From assembly GCA_043228905.1 (NCBI GenBank), contig JBHGNT010000001.1, positions 26,350,001 through 26,414,000 on the forward strand: a DNA stretch of 64,000 bases, in the 5' to 3' direction. The DNA comes from Azolla caroliniana. Lineage: Eukaryota > Plantae > Polypodiophyta. Below, piece after piece: positions 36,733-47,824 of this stretch; positions within the stretch are counted from its first letter, which is position 1; every line of letters starts with the position of its first letter. Below the pieces are notes generated by a model that ran no database searches, was not told the origin of the DNA, and saw only the letters and a program-made list of their open reading frames with translations. The position numbers were made by a program, and so were the translations under genes.

Positions 36733-39700
36733 ATGGATAGAGGAATGGCTAGCTCGCTTCTGGTGGAGAAGCTCGACAGATCTAACTACGCATCTTGGTC
36801 ATACAAGGTGCACCAGTACCTGCTTGGGCATGGTTACTAGAGTTATGTCGACGGAGCTAACGACACAGGACCTAATGCGGCACACAAGGACTTCCCGGTG
36901 TGGGAACAATCGGCAAGCAGAGTGATGTACTGCTTTACGTCCAGTGTCAGAGACCAGCTGTTGAGCCACATCTGAGATGCCAAGACCCCAAAAGAGGCTT
37001 GGGGAAACCTGAAGAAGGTGTTCGACGCAAGCACTACTGCCCTGAAGCTGTAACTCCGACAGGAGTTGAGCAATGTCCGACAGAAGGACATGTCAATGGC
37101 TGATTACACGGCCAGAATCAAAGAGATCTGTGACTCGTTGCCTCTATCAACATCACGGTAGAGGAAGCCGAGATGGTACAGGTCTGTCTTGGGGGCCTGG
37201 CGTCTAAGTTCCGAGCTTTCTGGATAGCTATATGTACGAGGGAGAATACGCCGTCATTTTTCGACTTACAGTCGATGCTCCTTGTAGAGGAGAACCACGC
37301 CGGTGCGTCAACAAGTGCACCCACCAACAACCGGATGTTGTACACGGAGGCGGATCGGCCCCGTGGGTGTGGTGGACGAGGCGGGTCGGCACGCAATGGA
37401 GGCGGCTGGCAAAGGCAAGACCGACGGCACAAAGACCGTGCCGACAGCAGTTCCGAGACTTCCGTGGGAGTCAAGGTGGAGCCGAAGGCCGGCAAGACAA
37501 ATCTGCCACGGAATGCTGGTAGTGTGGCAAAAAGGGCCACAGAGAAAGCGAGTGTTGGAAGAAGCGCGCCGATTCGGACAGATCTGGATCCGGCAAAACC
37601 GGTCGGGAGAACCGGCAAAGCTCGCACTACGCGCAAGGATCGAAAGGATCCGGAACCGGGAATACCAATAAGGGGCCAACCTTGGTGATGAAACACGAGG
37701 CTAACTCGATGAAGAAGACCACTTCCAAATCGGAGGAAGTGTGGTACGTTAATTCCGGTGCGTCAAATCACATGACGAACCACAAAGAGTGGTTCTCCTA
37801 CTTGGAGAAACCGGAACAACCGGGAGTTGTCGATACTGGAGACGACACTCCTCACCCAATCGTGCATGTCGAAGAAGTTCCCCTGAGCCACGTCGAACAA
37901 AGGGGGAAGCTTATGAACGTATTACACGTTCCGACTATCACGAAGAACCTGGTGTCAGTTTACGCACCTCGGGTGCTTCATCGAGGAGGAGGGCCAGATT
38001 ATCGCACAAGGGCGCAAAGATAGGAGGATGTTCATCCTTGACACCAATGATGTTGGCACCGCCTTGTTCTCCAAAGGACAGAAGGTTGAATCAAACATCG
38101 ACCTGTGGCACAAGCAGATCGGCCACGTCAATTACCGAAGGCTTCAAGACCTGCAGATGAAACAAGTTGTTTTCGGTTTGCCGAAAATTAGTGACCGAAA
38201 GGCCCAAGTATGTGAAGCCTACCAACTCGGGAAGCAACGCCGGCTTCCATTCCCCGCCGAACAAAACCGTAGTCGTAACAAGCTCAACCTTATTCATTCG
38301 GATGTATGGGGACCGGCATAGAACGTGAGTCTTGGCGGGAGTCGATACTTGGTCTTCTTCATCGACGACTATAGCCGGCACACATGGATCGACCTCATTG
38401 AGCGGAAGAGCGAAGTCTTCGACTGTTTCCGGAACCTCCAGAGCATGGTGGAACGGGAATCAGAGAGGAAGATCAAGTGCCTGCCGTCAAATGGCGGAAA
38501 AGAATATTTTTTTGGCCAATTCAACAGTTATCTGTAGTAAACAGGAATTCGGAGAGAGTTCAGTTGCAGATACACACCGGAGCAAAACGGTGTGGCCGAA
38601 AGAAAGAACCAGTCGCTTGACGACGCGGCAAGGGCAATGCTGGAAGAGAAGAGCATGCCCCATTTCTACTGGGCGGAGGCGGTCCGGACGGCCATCTACA
38701 TCCAAAACCGAATCGGTGACAAGGTGTCCGTGCATGAGCTGTATTTCGGGCGCAAGCTGAATTTGAGACACCTTCGGATTTTCGGCAGCATAGCATATGT
38801 GCATGTGCCGGATGAGAAGCGGAGGAAGCTGGATGCAAAATTGGAGAAGTGCATCCTCGTCGGCTACTCACATGAGCAAAAGGGGTATAAGTGTTATAAC
38901 CCCCGGACGAAGCAGGTCCGAGTTAGCCGCGATGTTGAGTTTGATGAGACGGCATCATGGTATGCCTTACCAGCTCCGACTTCTGACCCCGACCCGATAC
39001 CGGAGGATGAGGCTAGTGAGCCTGAACCGGTCCAGATAGAAGACGTGGAATACGCGGATTAATCTCCGGCAACAACCAAAGCGTAGATCACTTGATGACA
39101 ATCAAAAACCATAGACTAAATGGGGATGAAGGTAACTCGACAAAACAGAAAGAGAATACACAGGATATTAACGTGGAAAACCCTGAGAGGGAAAAACCAC
39201 GGGAGTCCAAAGACTCCAAACTATCACTCTGTAAAGTAATACAACAGGGAGCATAGAGGCAACGACCTCTTGCTCACAATCTTCGCCTAGCGGCGGTTAC
39301 AACAGAGACACAATCTCTGTATGTCGCTCTCTCTCTCTCTCACTTACGCATTGTACAGAGGTTACACCAATAACTCTATCATCATACCAATTAAGTTTGC
39401 CCTAGGTCATATTTATACTAATATGACTTTCGGGCTATTTACAAATATAGCCCCAGTGGGCTCTCTGGAACATATTTACACCGGGCTTGCAACATCCAGT
39501 TCTCACCGGGTCTTCCTTGCCGGGTACTCGTCATCCGGTTCTCACCAGGTCTTCCGTTGCCAGGTACTCCACATCCGGATTCGGCCTCGGCTGAGTTGCT
39601 CATCAACATTGTTCTTCTCACTTCCCATCCGGAGGGACCTGTTTCCTAACAAATGATGAATCCGGGACTCAAGAAGAGAGTTCGGAATCGTTTCGGTTGA

Positions 39701-41975
39701 GTGGGCCGAACGAGAGACTGGGTCAATCCGACCAGTCGGATGAGGAACCAACGAGTAATGAAGACTCTGTCGTGCTCTCCCCACGCAAGGAACCGAGGAG
39801 ACGGTTCACGCACAAAGAGAAGGGGAAGAAGAAGATGTCAGATTATGAAACCAGTAATGATGAGTCGGATCAGAGCGGATCCGACTCCGGAAAGGAAAAT
39901 GATGGTTCTTCGGCACCGAAGACCGAACCGGCCAAGAAGGGCCTCAAACCAAGTAACAGTGGGTTACGCCAGTCAACCCAACAGAAGGAACCTGTTAAGC
40001 GGTACGGGTACAATGAGTACATGGCGCATCATTATGCGTACATGATCAAGGTGGCGGAAGTGCGTGCGCCGGAGAGCTACGCAGAAGCGGAAAAGGACGC
40101 ACATTGGCGTGCCGCTATGGAAGAAGAGATGCAGGCACTTGATGCCAACGATACATGGGACCTAGTTGACCCTCCCCGTCACAATAAACCGATCGGATGA
40201 AAGTGGGTGTACAAGGTAAAGTACAACGCCGACGGTTCAGTTAACCAGTACAAGGCCCGGTTTGTGGCGAACGGATACGCACAGACCCACGGAATCGACT
40301 ATGACGAGACCTTCGCTCTAGTAGCGAAGATGACGACGGTTCGTGTGGTTCTGGCGGTTGTTGCGGCAAGGGGGTGGCATCTTCATGAGATGGATGTGAA
40401 GACTGCATTTCTTCAAGGAGATCTTGAAGAAGAGGTCTTTATGATACAACCCCCCGGTTTCCAGACGGAGATGAACAAGTCGACGGTATGCCGGCTGAAG
40501 AAGTCACTTTATGGCCTAAAGCAAGCCCCTCGAGCTTGTAATGCGAAGATCACGCACCAGTTGCGTAAGATGGGGTTTGCGGCCTCCAAGTCCAACTCTT
40601 CGTTGATCATCCGGCAAGGCCCGGATGGTCCAGTTTGCATCTTGTTGTATGTTGATGATCTGGTCATCACCGGACCCGGACTCGATGAAATCAGTTGAGT
40701 CAAGTCCCAGTTGTTAGATGCATTTGAGATGAAGGACCTGGGCGACCTTCATTATTTTCTTGGGATCGAGGTGATCCGAACCCCCAAGGGCATATTGCTC
40801 TCATAGAGGCACTATGTGTTGAATATGTTGTACAAGTTCGGCATGACAGAATGTTGAACTGTCTCTACACCCTTGGACCGGAACCAGAAGCTCTATCCCA
40901 ACTCCGGACCGGCCTGCAATGAGAAACGGTTCTGACAAATTGTCGGAAGCCTTATATATTTGACCATCACCCAACCCGACATAAGCTATCCGGTCGGTGT
41001 GATTAGCCAATTCATGCAGAAGCCGACCGTAGAGCATCTTCAGTGCGTGCACCGAATATTGCGGTATGTGAGCGGCACGAAGGACTAGGGACTGTTATAC
41101 CAGCGAGGTATAACCGAAGAGCTGGTCGGTTACACAGATGCCGACTGGGCCGACGATGCATCAGATCGTCGATCAACCTCTGGTTATATGTTTTCCCTTG
41201 GTAGCGCGGTTGTTGCGTGGAGCAGCAAAAAGCAGCCAACAGTTGCTCTGTCGAGCATTGAGGCTGAGTATCGGGGCGCTACCGTTGCCACCTGTGAAGC
41301 CATTTGGCTTCGGCGACTGCTGCAAGACCTATGGATCGAGGTACTGATCCCGATTCTAATCTACTGTGACAACATAAGCAGCATGCAACTCACCAAGAAC
41401 CCCGTATTCCATGCTCTCGCACAAAGCATATAGAAGTGCACTATCACTTCGTGCGTGAGCGTGTCCTGAGCAGTGAGGTCGAACTTCGGTATGTTCACAT
41501 GGATTGGCAAGTTGCTGACATCTTCACCAAACCACTCGGATCAGACAAGTTGCAGCACTTCACCGAAATGCTTGGTGTTCAGCATCTCGACGTGCCACAC
41601 TTGAGGGGGAGAACAGGCAAAAACACCGGAATGGGCAAAGGCAAAGAGACTGCCGAATGCGCCAATGAGGGAAGAACCGATACAGGGAGAGACAAGAAGA
41701 AGAAAGGAGCCGAGTCGACAAAGGAAGTCGACACATCCGAACAAGTCGGAACAAGCAGCATCGATGGCAAAGTCAAGAAGGACAAAGCCGACCGAAGGAA
41801 GAAGGCCAAGACCCGGACATGGTCCGATGTGGTGAAGGGCCTCGAATCGGAAGACGAATCGGGAGCGACCAATTTGGACAAGAGCTGGAACGAATCGGAG
41901 ACAGTCAATTCAGTTCAACAGATAGATTTGGAAGGACCGGATCAATTCAAGGCCAAGAGGACGAGAAGGCAGTGA
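36733..41975 (+). pseudogene. Copia-6 gag-pol, multiple stops and frameshifts
   Basis: Pieces with VEKLDRSNY, WYVNSGAS, HSDVWGP, YKARFVANG, LYVDD, YTDADWA and HYHFVRE. Confidence 0.9.
39034..39651 (-). mobile_element. solo LTR of the Copia-1/Copia-5 family inside Copia-6
   Basis: Collinear with LTR 3154-3842 (gtggaaaaccc, gaggcaacgacctc, catatttatactaatatgactttt-like block, cccatccggagggacctgt...aaca). Left boundary is approximate and no clean TSD is visible. Confidence 0.8.
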
Positions 41976-42428
41976 AAGTCAACGCCAACACGAAGGAATC
42001 GGCGGACCGGCACGCGTCGAAGGCACAGCAACGAGGGAGCTGAATTGGGCCTGTTGAGCAGACAAGCCGACCGAGGAGCGACACATTCGAACAAGTCAGA
42101 GCAAGCGGCAGCAGCGGCAGAGTCAAGAAGGACAGAGCCGACCGAAGGAAGAAGGCCAAGACCCGGACATGGTTCGATGTGGTGAAGGGCCTCAAATCGG
42201 AAGACGAATCAGGAGCGACCAATTTGGACAAGAGTTGGAACGAATCGGAGACAGTCGATTCGGTTCAACAGACAGATTTGGAAGGACCGGATCAATTCAA
42301 GGCCAAGAGGACGAGAAGGCAAAGAAAGTCAACGCCAACACAAAGGAATCGGCAAACGAGCACGCGTCGAAGTTACAACAGCGAGAGAGCTGAATTGGGC
42401 CTGTTGAGCAGACGAGCCGACCGAGGAG
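41729..42428. repeat. 2 x 350-bp tandem duplication in the 3' region of Copia-6
   Basis: gtcaagaaggac at 41772 and 42122; gtgaagggcctc and gatcaattcaaggcc repeat at the same offset. Confidence 0.92.
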
Positions 42429-42891
42429 GTCGAGGTGCGTAGAACAAGAGGGGTCGCAGCAAACAAAACTGGACAGGACGAGGAGCGCGAGCAAGACGGA
42501 GTGACGCCTGAAGGAGCTGGGCAGAAGGACCGGTTGCCACCGACGTTGACACTATGACCGGACCTCAAGTTGAGCTTGAGGGGGAGTGTTGAGCGGCAAG
42601 CTCAATTGGAGCCGGATCAGCTGAATAAGACTAAGCCAGTGAGCGAGATGGATCGGTGAGCCGGTGAGCACCCGGTGAGCAAAAGAGTCGGTGAGCTGGG
42701 GAGCCTGTTAGCCGGATCCATCAGTAACCGGAAGCCTAGTAGCAACTAAACAACTAGGGAGTTAATACTCTCGTAGTTAGTGTCAGACGCTCGAGTGAGC
42801 ATTGAAGTACACCGTACTTCTATCAGTTCGTTGTCGCGTTGTTATGCGCGTGCATGTAGAGGGGCGGGACCACGGAGGGTCTTGAACCGAG

Positions 42892-42945
<54 letters not shown>

Positions 42946-45428
42946 GAGAGAGACTTGTAGATACGCGAAGAGAGAAGGAGAGATATAGAACGTAACACTC
43001 GATTTCAATAACAAGAGTTTACAACGACAAGAGAATACAATAACAAGAGAATACAAGAGAATACGACTCTGACAATTACAACCGGCAAGGCGACGATGGA
43101 CCCGACACAGGGATCCTACTCACACACACAGACAGCACTCGCTCGACTCCTAGAAACAAAACAAAAGGGGGAGAGCCTCTCCTGGAAGCGCACAGGTTGT
43201 CCACGAAGCAGAGGCAACGAGCTTCCGACCCACAGAGACCGATGACCGGCGGAGAAGAGAGAGCTTGGCACCCAGATCTGCAACAGCACCTCGCCCTCCC
43301 TAGCACGCGATCCCTGTTCTTTCCTCCTCTCTCTCCTTCAATAGTTCCCCAAAAAGGGGTGCCCCCTTTTCCTTAGCCAAACTGCTTTATTACCTGTCCC
43401 TGTCGACAGAGATACGCACAAAATCCCCTAATAAATGTGCACTACCTAGTATTTACACCAGTCTCCTTAATTACGAATTATGTACAATATATCAATCCTC
43501 GCGTCCTCCCGTGTAAGAGCCGGTTCATGCGCCTTTTTCTTCGATTCCGCTTATGGCCTGTTTTCTTCACGACATCCACCCCCACCAAACCGCGCATCCA
43601 CCGGCATGCGCCAGAGACGGGTAGACACCGAAGAAAACTGGCTTCACTCGTCGTTCTCCGATTCTCCGCCGAACCCGAACTGATCGTCGTCGTTACTCTC
43701 GCACGCCGGCTCCGGCTCGTCTTCGAACCGCTTCTTGAACTCTTTGATCTACTTCCCGGCCACCGACACTGCTAACCGTGTACCGTCGAGTTCCGCGAGG
43801 TGGTACGTGTCGTTGTCGTTCGCGCTCATCACCGTGTAGGGCCCGAACCATCTCCTAGAGAACTTTCGCACCGCCTTGTGCTGATTGTCGAGGTTGTTGT
43901 GGTATACCAAGACCCAGTCACCTTCCTCGATCTTCTTTGGTCGCAACCGGTGCGTCCGGTTGAACCGGGTCTTGTTCCGCTCCCTTGCCGCTCGCAGCTT
44001 TTCCTTCACCTGTATCACGTCCTCCGGCCTCCGCTCGAGTCGCCGAATCCGCGCCGCCAGCAACTCCTCCCAGCTCATTTCGTCCTTACAATCCACCGCC
44101 GCCCATGAAGAAACCGTTCATTCCATCGGCATGATCGGCTTCTATCCGTACATCAGCTCTGCCGGCATAAACCATGTCACCGAACTGTGCGTAGTTCGGT
44201 CCGCCCACAATGCGTAAGGAAGGACTCGCGGCCAATTCCCGACCTGCCCTCCACATGCACGCACCAACGCCTTTACGATCGGCCCGTGCCCACGTTCCAT
44301 CTTTCCGTTCGCCTCCAGATTGTACGTTGTAGTGAGGGAGAGTTTGATGCCTAGCCGGTCGAACGGCTCCTCAGCCTCCCGCACATCCAGCTCTCCCCGG
44401 TCCGCCACGATCCTCCCGATGCACCCGTACCGACACACCACTTCTTCGATCAGGAACCGGCATACCGCTGTCGTCTTGCTTTGCAGTGGACGGCCTTCCA
44501 CCTGGTTCGTTAAGTCTTCCCGTGCAAGCACCAGGTATCGCTTCTGTCCTACCCCCATCGGCATCATCACCAAGTCTGCCATCCACTTGAAATGGACCGT
44601 AGGCAAGTAGGTCGGGTGTAGCTCGTCCCGGTGTCGGACTATGGAGTGCATCTGACAGCTTTCGCAAGTTGTTACGAACCGATCCACGTCCTGGTACAGC
44701 CCCGGCCACCAGTACTTCTCCTTCAGTTTCTCGAACGTGGCCCACATTCCGCGGTGTCCGGCCCAGGGGCTCTCGTGAAATGCCACCAATAATTTCCCCT
44801 GTTCTTCTTTCTTTCCCACTACTTGGAGTGGGATGCCGCTCCTCTTCTTTGGGTGCCTCCATATGCACCCGTCCCGCAGGAAGAATCGGTACACCTTCTT
44901 CCGTACCCGGTTCGCCTCCTCTCTCGCCCATGCTATATCCGGCGTCATCGTCTGTAGGAACCTCCCGATTTGGAGCCACTCCCCGTCGTACCTGCTTTCG
45001 TCAAATTCGTTAAGCATCGGAGTGTCCCTTTTCCTCGTCGTTACGTTAGCCGACCCGAAGAAGTCCTCGCCAACTTCTTCGTCATCCGAAACCATGTCGT
45101 CTTCGTCGTTGAACCTTGACCTCGAAAGCATGTCGGCCATGGCATTGTCCTTTCCGGAGATGTGCCGTATCTCCGGGTTCATGGACTTAATGTACGCTAT
45201 CCACCGGAGCATTGCTAGGTCCGGCCTCGCGCATCCGGAAACCATGCCGAGTATCGGCAGGCAGTCCGTCTCGATGATCACCTCCATCCCGATCAGATAA
45301 TCCTTGTCGGCCTTGACTGCCGAAATGACACCCCAAAGCTCGCACTTAACTTGGGCATATCCTCGCTGCCGCTCACTCAATACCTTCACCCCGAACCGGA
45401 TCGGGAATCGTACGTCGTCCTTGTCCTC

Positions 45429-46952
45429 CTAACTGATTACCCACCCGATCCCGGTCGGGCTAGTGTCCACCGTCACACAGATGGGAACATCCTTGCCGTA
45501 AACCGCTTTACGGAGAGCCGGCGCTACCATAAGCGCCTCCTTTAGTCTCCGTACTAACTCCGTGTGCTCCGTTCTCCACTCAAAGCTACGCCCCTTTTTC
45601 AATAGTCCGTAGAGGGGTTCCGGGATCCAGATGTGGGAGAACACGCATGCTCCCAAGAATCTGCGGACCTCCGTGACCGAATTGCAATCATGCTTCATCG
45701 CAGAGATGGCTTCCACCTTGGCCGGAGACGGTTTCCGACCGTATGGTCCGCATAGGTGCCCAACGACCATGATCTCTGATTGCCCGAAGGCCAACTTTTC
45801 CCCGGAGAAGGTGAGCCTTGCGCCTTCTAGTCTCTGCAGCACCTTCTCGCAGTCATCGATGTGGGACGCCACGAAATTCCAACATCCGTCCGGCCCGACT
45901 GCCTCGTCCTTTTCCTCCACCGGGCATCCCCTGATCGGGATGTCGTCTAAGAATGGCATGGTGATGTCCGGGATACAATCCCTGAGCACTTTGTTCATCG
46001 CGTTCACCATGTGAGCCACTGAGTTCGTCCCTCCTTGTGGCAGGGTACACATCCGCACTAGGCCGAGAGGAGTCTGCATCGTCGTAATGTCTCTGCTCTC
46101 CACGGCTAGTTGGAACTGATCGTACCCCGAGTACAGATCACCGACAGAATAGATCGACCTTCCAGCGAAGGCCTCCGCGAACTCGTCTATGGTCGGTCTG
46201 ATTCCTGCATTACAGATGGTCACCTTGTTGACCGGTTGCAGGTCCTGAATGAAGTGCAGCGTGTCGTTCTTCTTCGGCACCGTAAACCACCGATTCGAAT
46301 ATGGGGCACTCGACGGTTCGAGGATGCCCATCTCCACCTTTTGCTTCAAGAGCACCATCAACTTCGGGATGTGAGCTCTCGGCACCGGAATCGGCTTGAT
46401 ATTCCACGATACATGCGGTACCGTGAAGATCACCATCGGTTCGACAACTGTCGGGTCTACGCACCCGATCTCCTCCGGTGAGAATGCGAAAGCCTTCCCG
46501 TGCCTCCCGAGCATTCTCCGAAACCGGTCCTCCTCCACTGGCAGTAGAAAGCCGCCCCCACCAACCTTGAGCTCCCGTAGCGTTATGTCGGTGAACCAAT
46601 GCCCTATGCCAACCGGATTCCGTAAACTTGGGTCCAACGCAACCCCTTTTATCCGCTCCTCGCTGCCCTCCGGCAAGGGTGCCGCGATTGGCCTCACCTT
46701 TCGGTCCACAGTCTTGTACTTTGTATCCACGCAGGCCATCCGATCCGACCCGATCCTTTCCCCGAAGTCCGCGATGACTTCGTACATTCCCATTGACCCT
46801 ACCGGAACGGTCCGATCTTCTCTAAGGTCTTCACCGATCACCTTTCGCAGTTCACCCAAGGTGTCGTCAAAAGAGACCGCCTCCACGGCGCCGCTGATGT
46901 CTTCATCGGGGAAGAGGACTCTACATCCCCTGAGCCGCTCCTCCGCTCGCAT
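45429..46952 (-). CDS. Gypsy-9 reverse transcriptase and start of RNase H
   Basis: 507-aa ORF with DLYSGYDQ, LPQG, FLDD and VDTSPTGIG. Confidence 0.9.
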   Translation of the reverse strand: MRAEERLRGCRVLFPDEDISGAVEAVSFDDTLGELRKVIGEDLREDRTVPVGSMGMYEVIADFGERIGSDRMACVDTKYKTVDRKVRPIAAPLPEGSEERIKGVALDPSLRNPVGIGHWFTDITLRELKVGGGGFLLPVEEDRFRRMLGRHGKAFAFSPEEIGCVDPTVVEPMVIFTVPHVSWNIKPIPVPRAHIPKLMVLLKQKVEMGILEPSSAPYSNRWFTVPKKNDTLHFIQDLQPVNKVTICNAGIRPTIDEFAEAFAGRSIYSVGDLYSGYDQFQLAVESRDITTMQTPLGLVRMCTLPQGGTNSVAHMVNAMNKVLRDCIPDITMPFLDDIPIRGCPVEEKDEAVGPDGCWNFVASHIDDCEKVLQRLEGARLTFSGEKLAFGQSEIMVVGHLCGPYGRKPSPAKVEAISAMKHDCNSVTEVRRFLGACVFSHIWIPEPLYGLLKKGRSFEWRTEHTELVRRLKEALMVAPALRKAVYGKDVPICVTVDTSPTGIGWVIS

Positions 46953-47107
46953 CCTCTCCCGGCCGCTGACGCCGGTTATAGTACAAACTCCGTTGTCGAA
47001 GAACCGAAATTTCCTACCTATGGTACAGGTCTTCTTCCGTACTGTACATTTGTGGGGTTCTTCCCGGGTGTCCGAACTATCGCAGCCCCACGCCTTGATA
47101 GCCCTCT

Positions 47108-47824
47108 CTAAAAATCCACTCGGGTTTCACCGCCGAGGGCCTCACGGTTATGCTCGTGGTTTGGTCGCACCGTTAGGAACTGGACCGAGTGACGCCCGTC
47201 TTGGCTCTTGACTCTTGCATAGGCTGAACCGTTGTCTAGCACCTTGGTCTCCATCTGTGTCGCCGTGATATATGGCTCTCCTAGTATAACCGGATGCGAG
47301 GACGTCTCCTGCACGAAGAAGTGTTGGTCGATCTCGACATCGCCGATTTTCACCCGTACGTTCAGACAGGCCCCATGTAGTTCTTCCGTGGCGCGCGTCG
47401 CTACCCGTATGTTCCAGCCGTGCTTGGTGTTGATCGGCCATTTACCCTTCTTGTAGAAATCCATGGACATCAGGTTGATTTCGGATCCATGGTCTACCAA
47501 CGCCACCACCGGTTCCAGAACGTTGTCGATCCGTACAGGGGTTTCCATAGTTGCCCTGGCCCAATGCGGATTCGTGTAGTGGCTTCCTGCCAGCTCGTCT
47601 TCCAGGGCTTCGTCTTCCAGGTGCATGGTCCGCACCTCCACCGGCTTCTCCGGTTCCGGCTCCGTCGAGAGCCTCTTCCGCTTCACCAAGTCTACGATAG
47701 AGTCGTGGAACTCCCTCTTGGCAATTCCCAGCACCTCCCACAATGACAGCTCCACTTTGCTGTCGAGGATACGTTTCTCCAGGACCTTTCGCAGGTCTGT
47801 GGTCCTTTCGATCTCGGTGCTCAA
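47108..47824 (-). CDS. Gypsy-9 end of ORF1: aspartic protease
   Basis: ALVDHGSEINLM and VILGEP motifs; ends GAT TTT TAG. Confidence 0.85.
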   Translation of the reverse strand: MSTEIERTTDLRKVLEKRILDSKVELSLWEVLGIAKREFHDSIVDLVKRKRLSTEPEPEKPVEVRTMHLEDEALEDELAGSHYTNPHWARATMETPVRIDNVLEPVVALVDHGSEINLMSMDFYKKGKWPINTKHGWNIRVATRATEELHGACLNVRVKIGDVEIDQHFFVQETSSHPVILGEPYITATQMETKVLDNGSAYARVKSQDGRHSVQFLTVRPNHEHNREALGGETRVDF

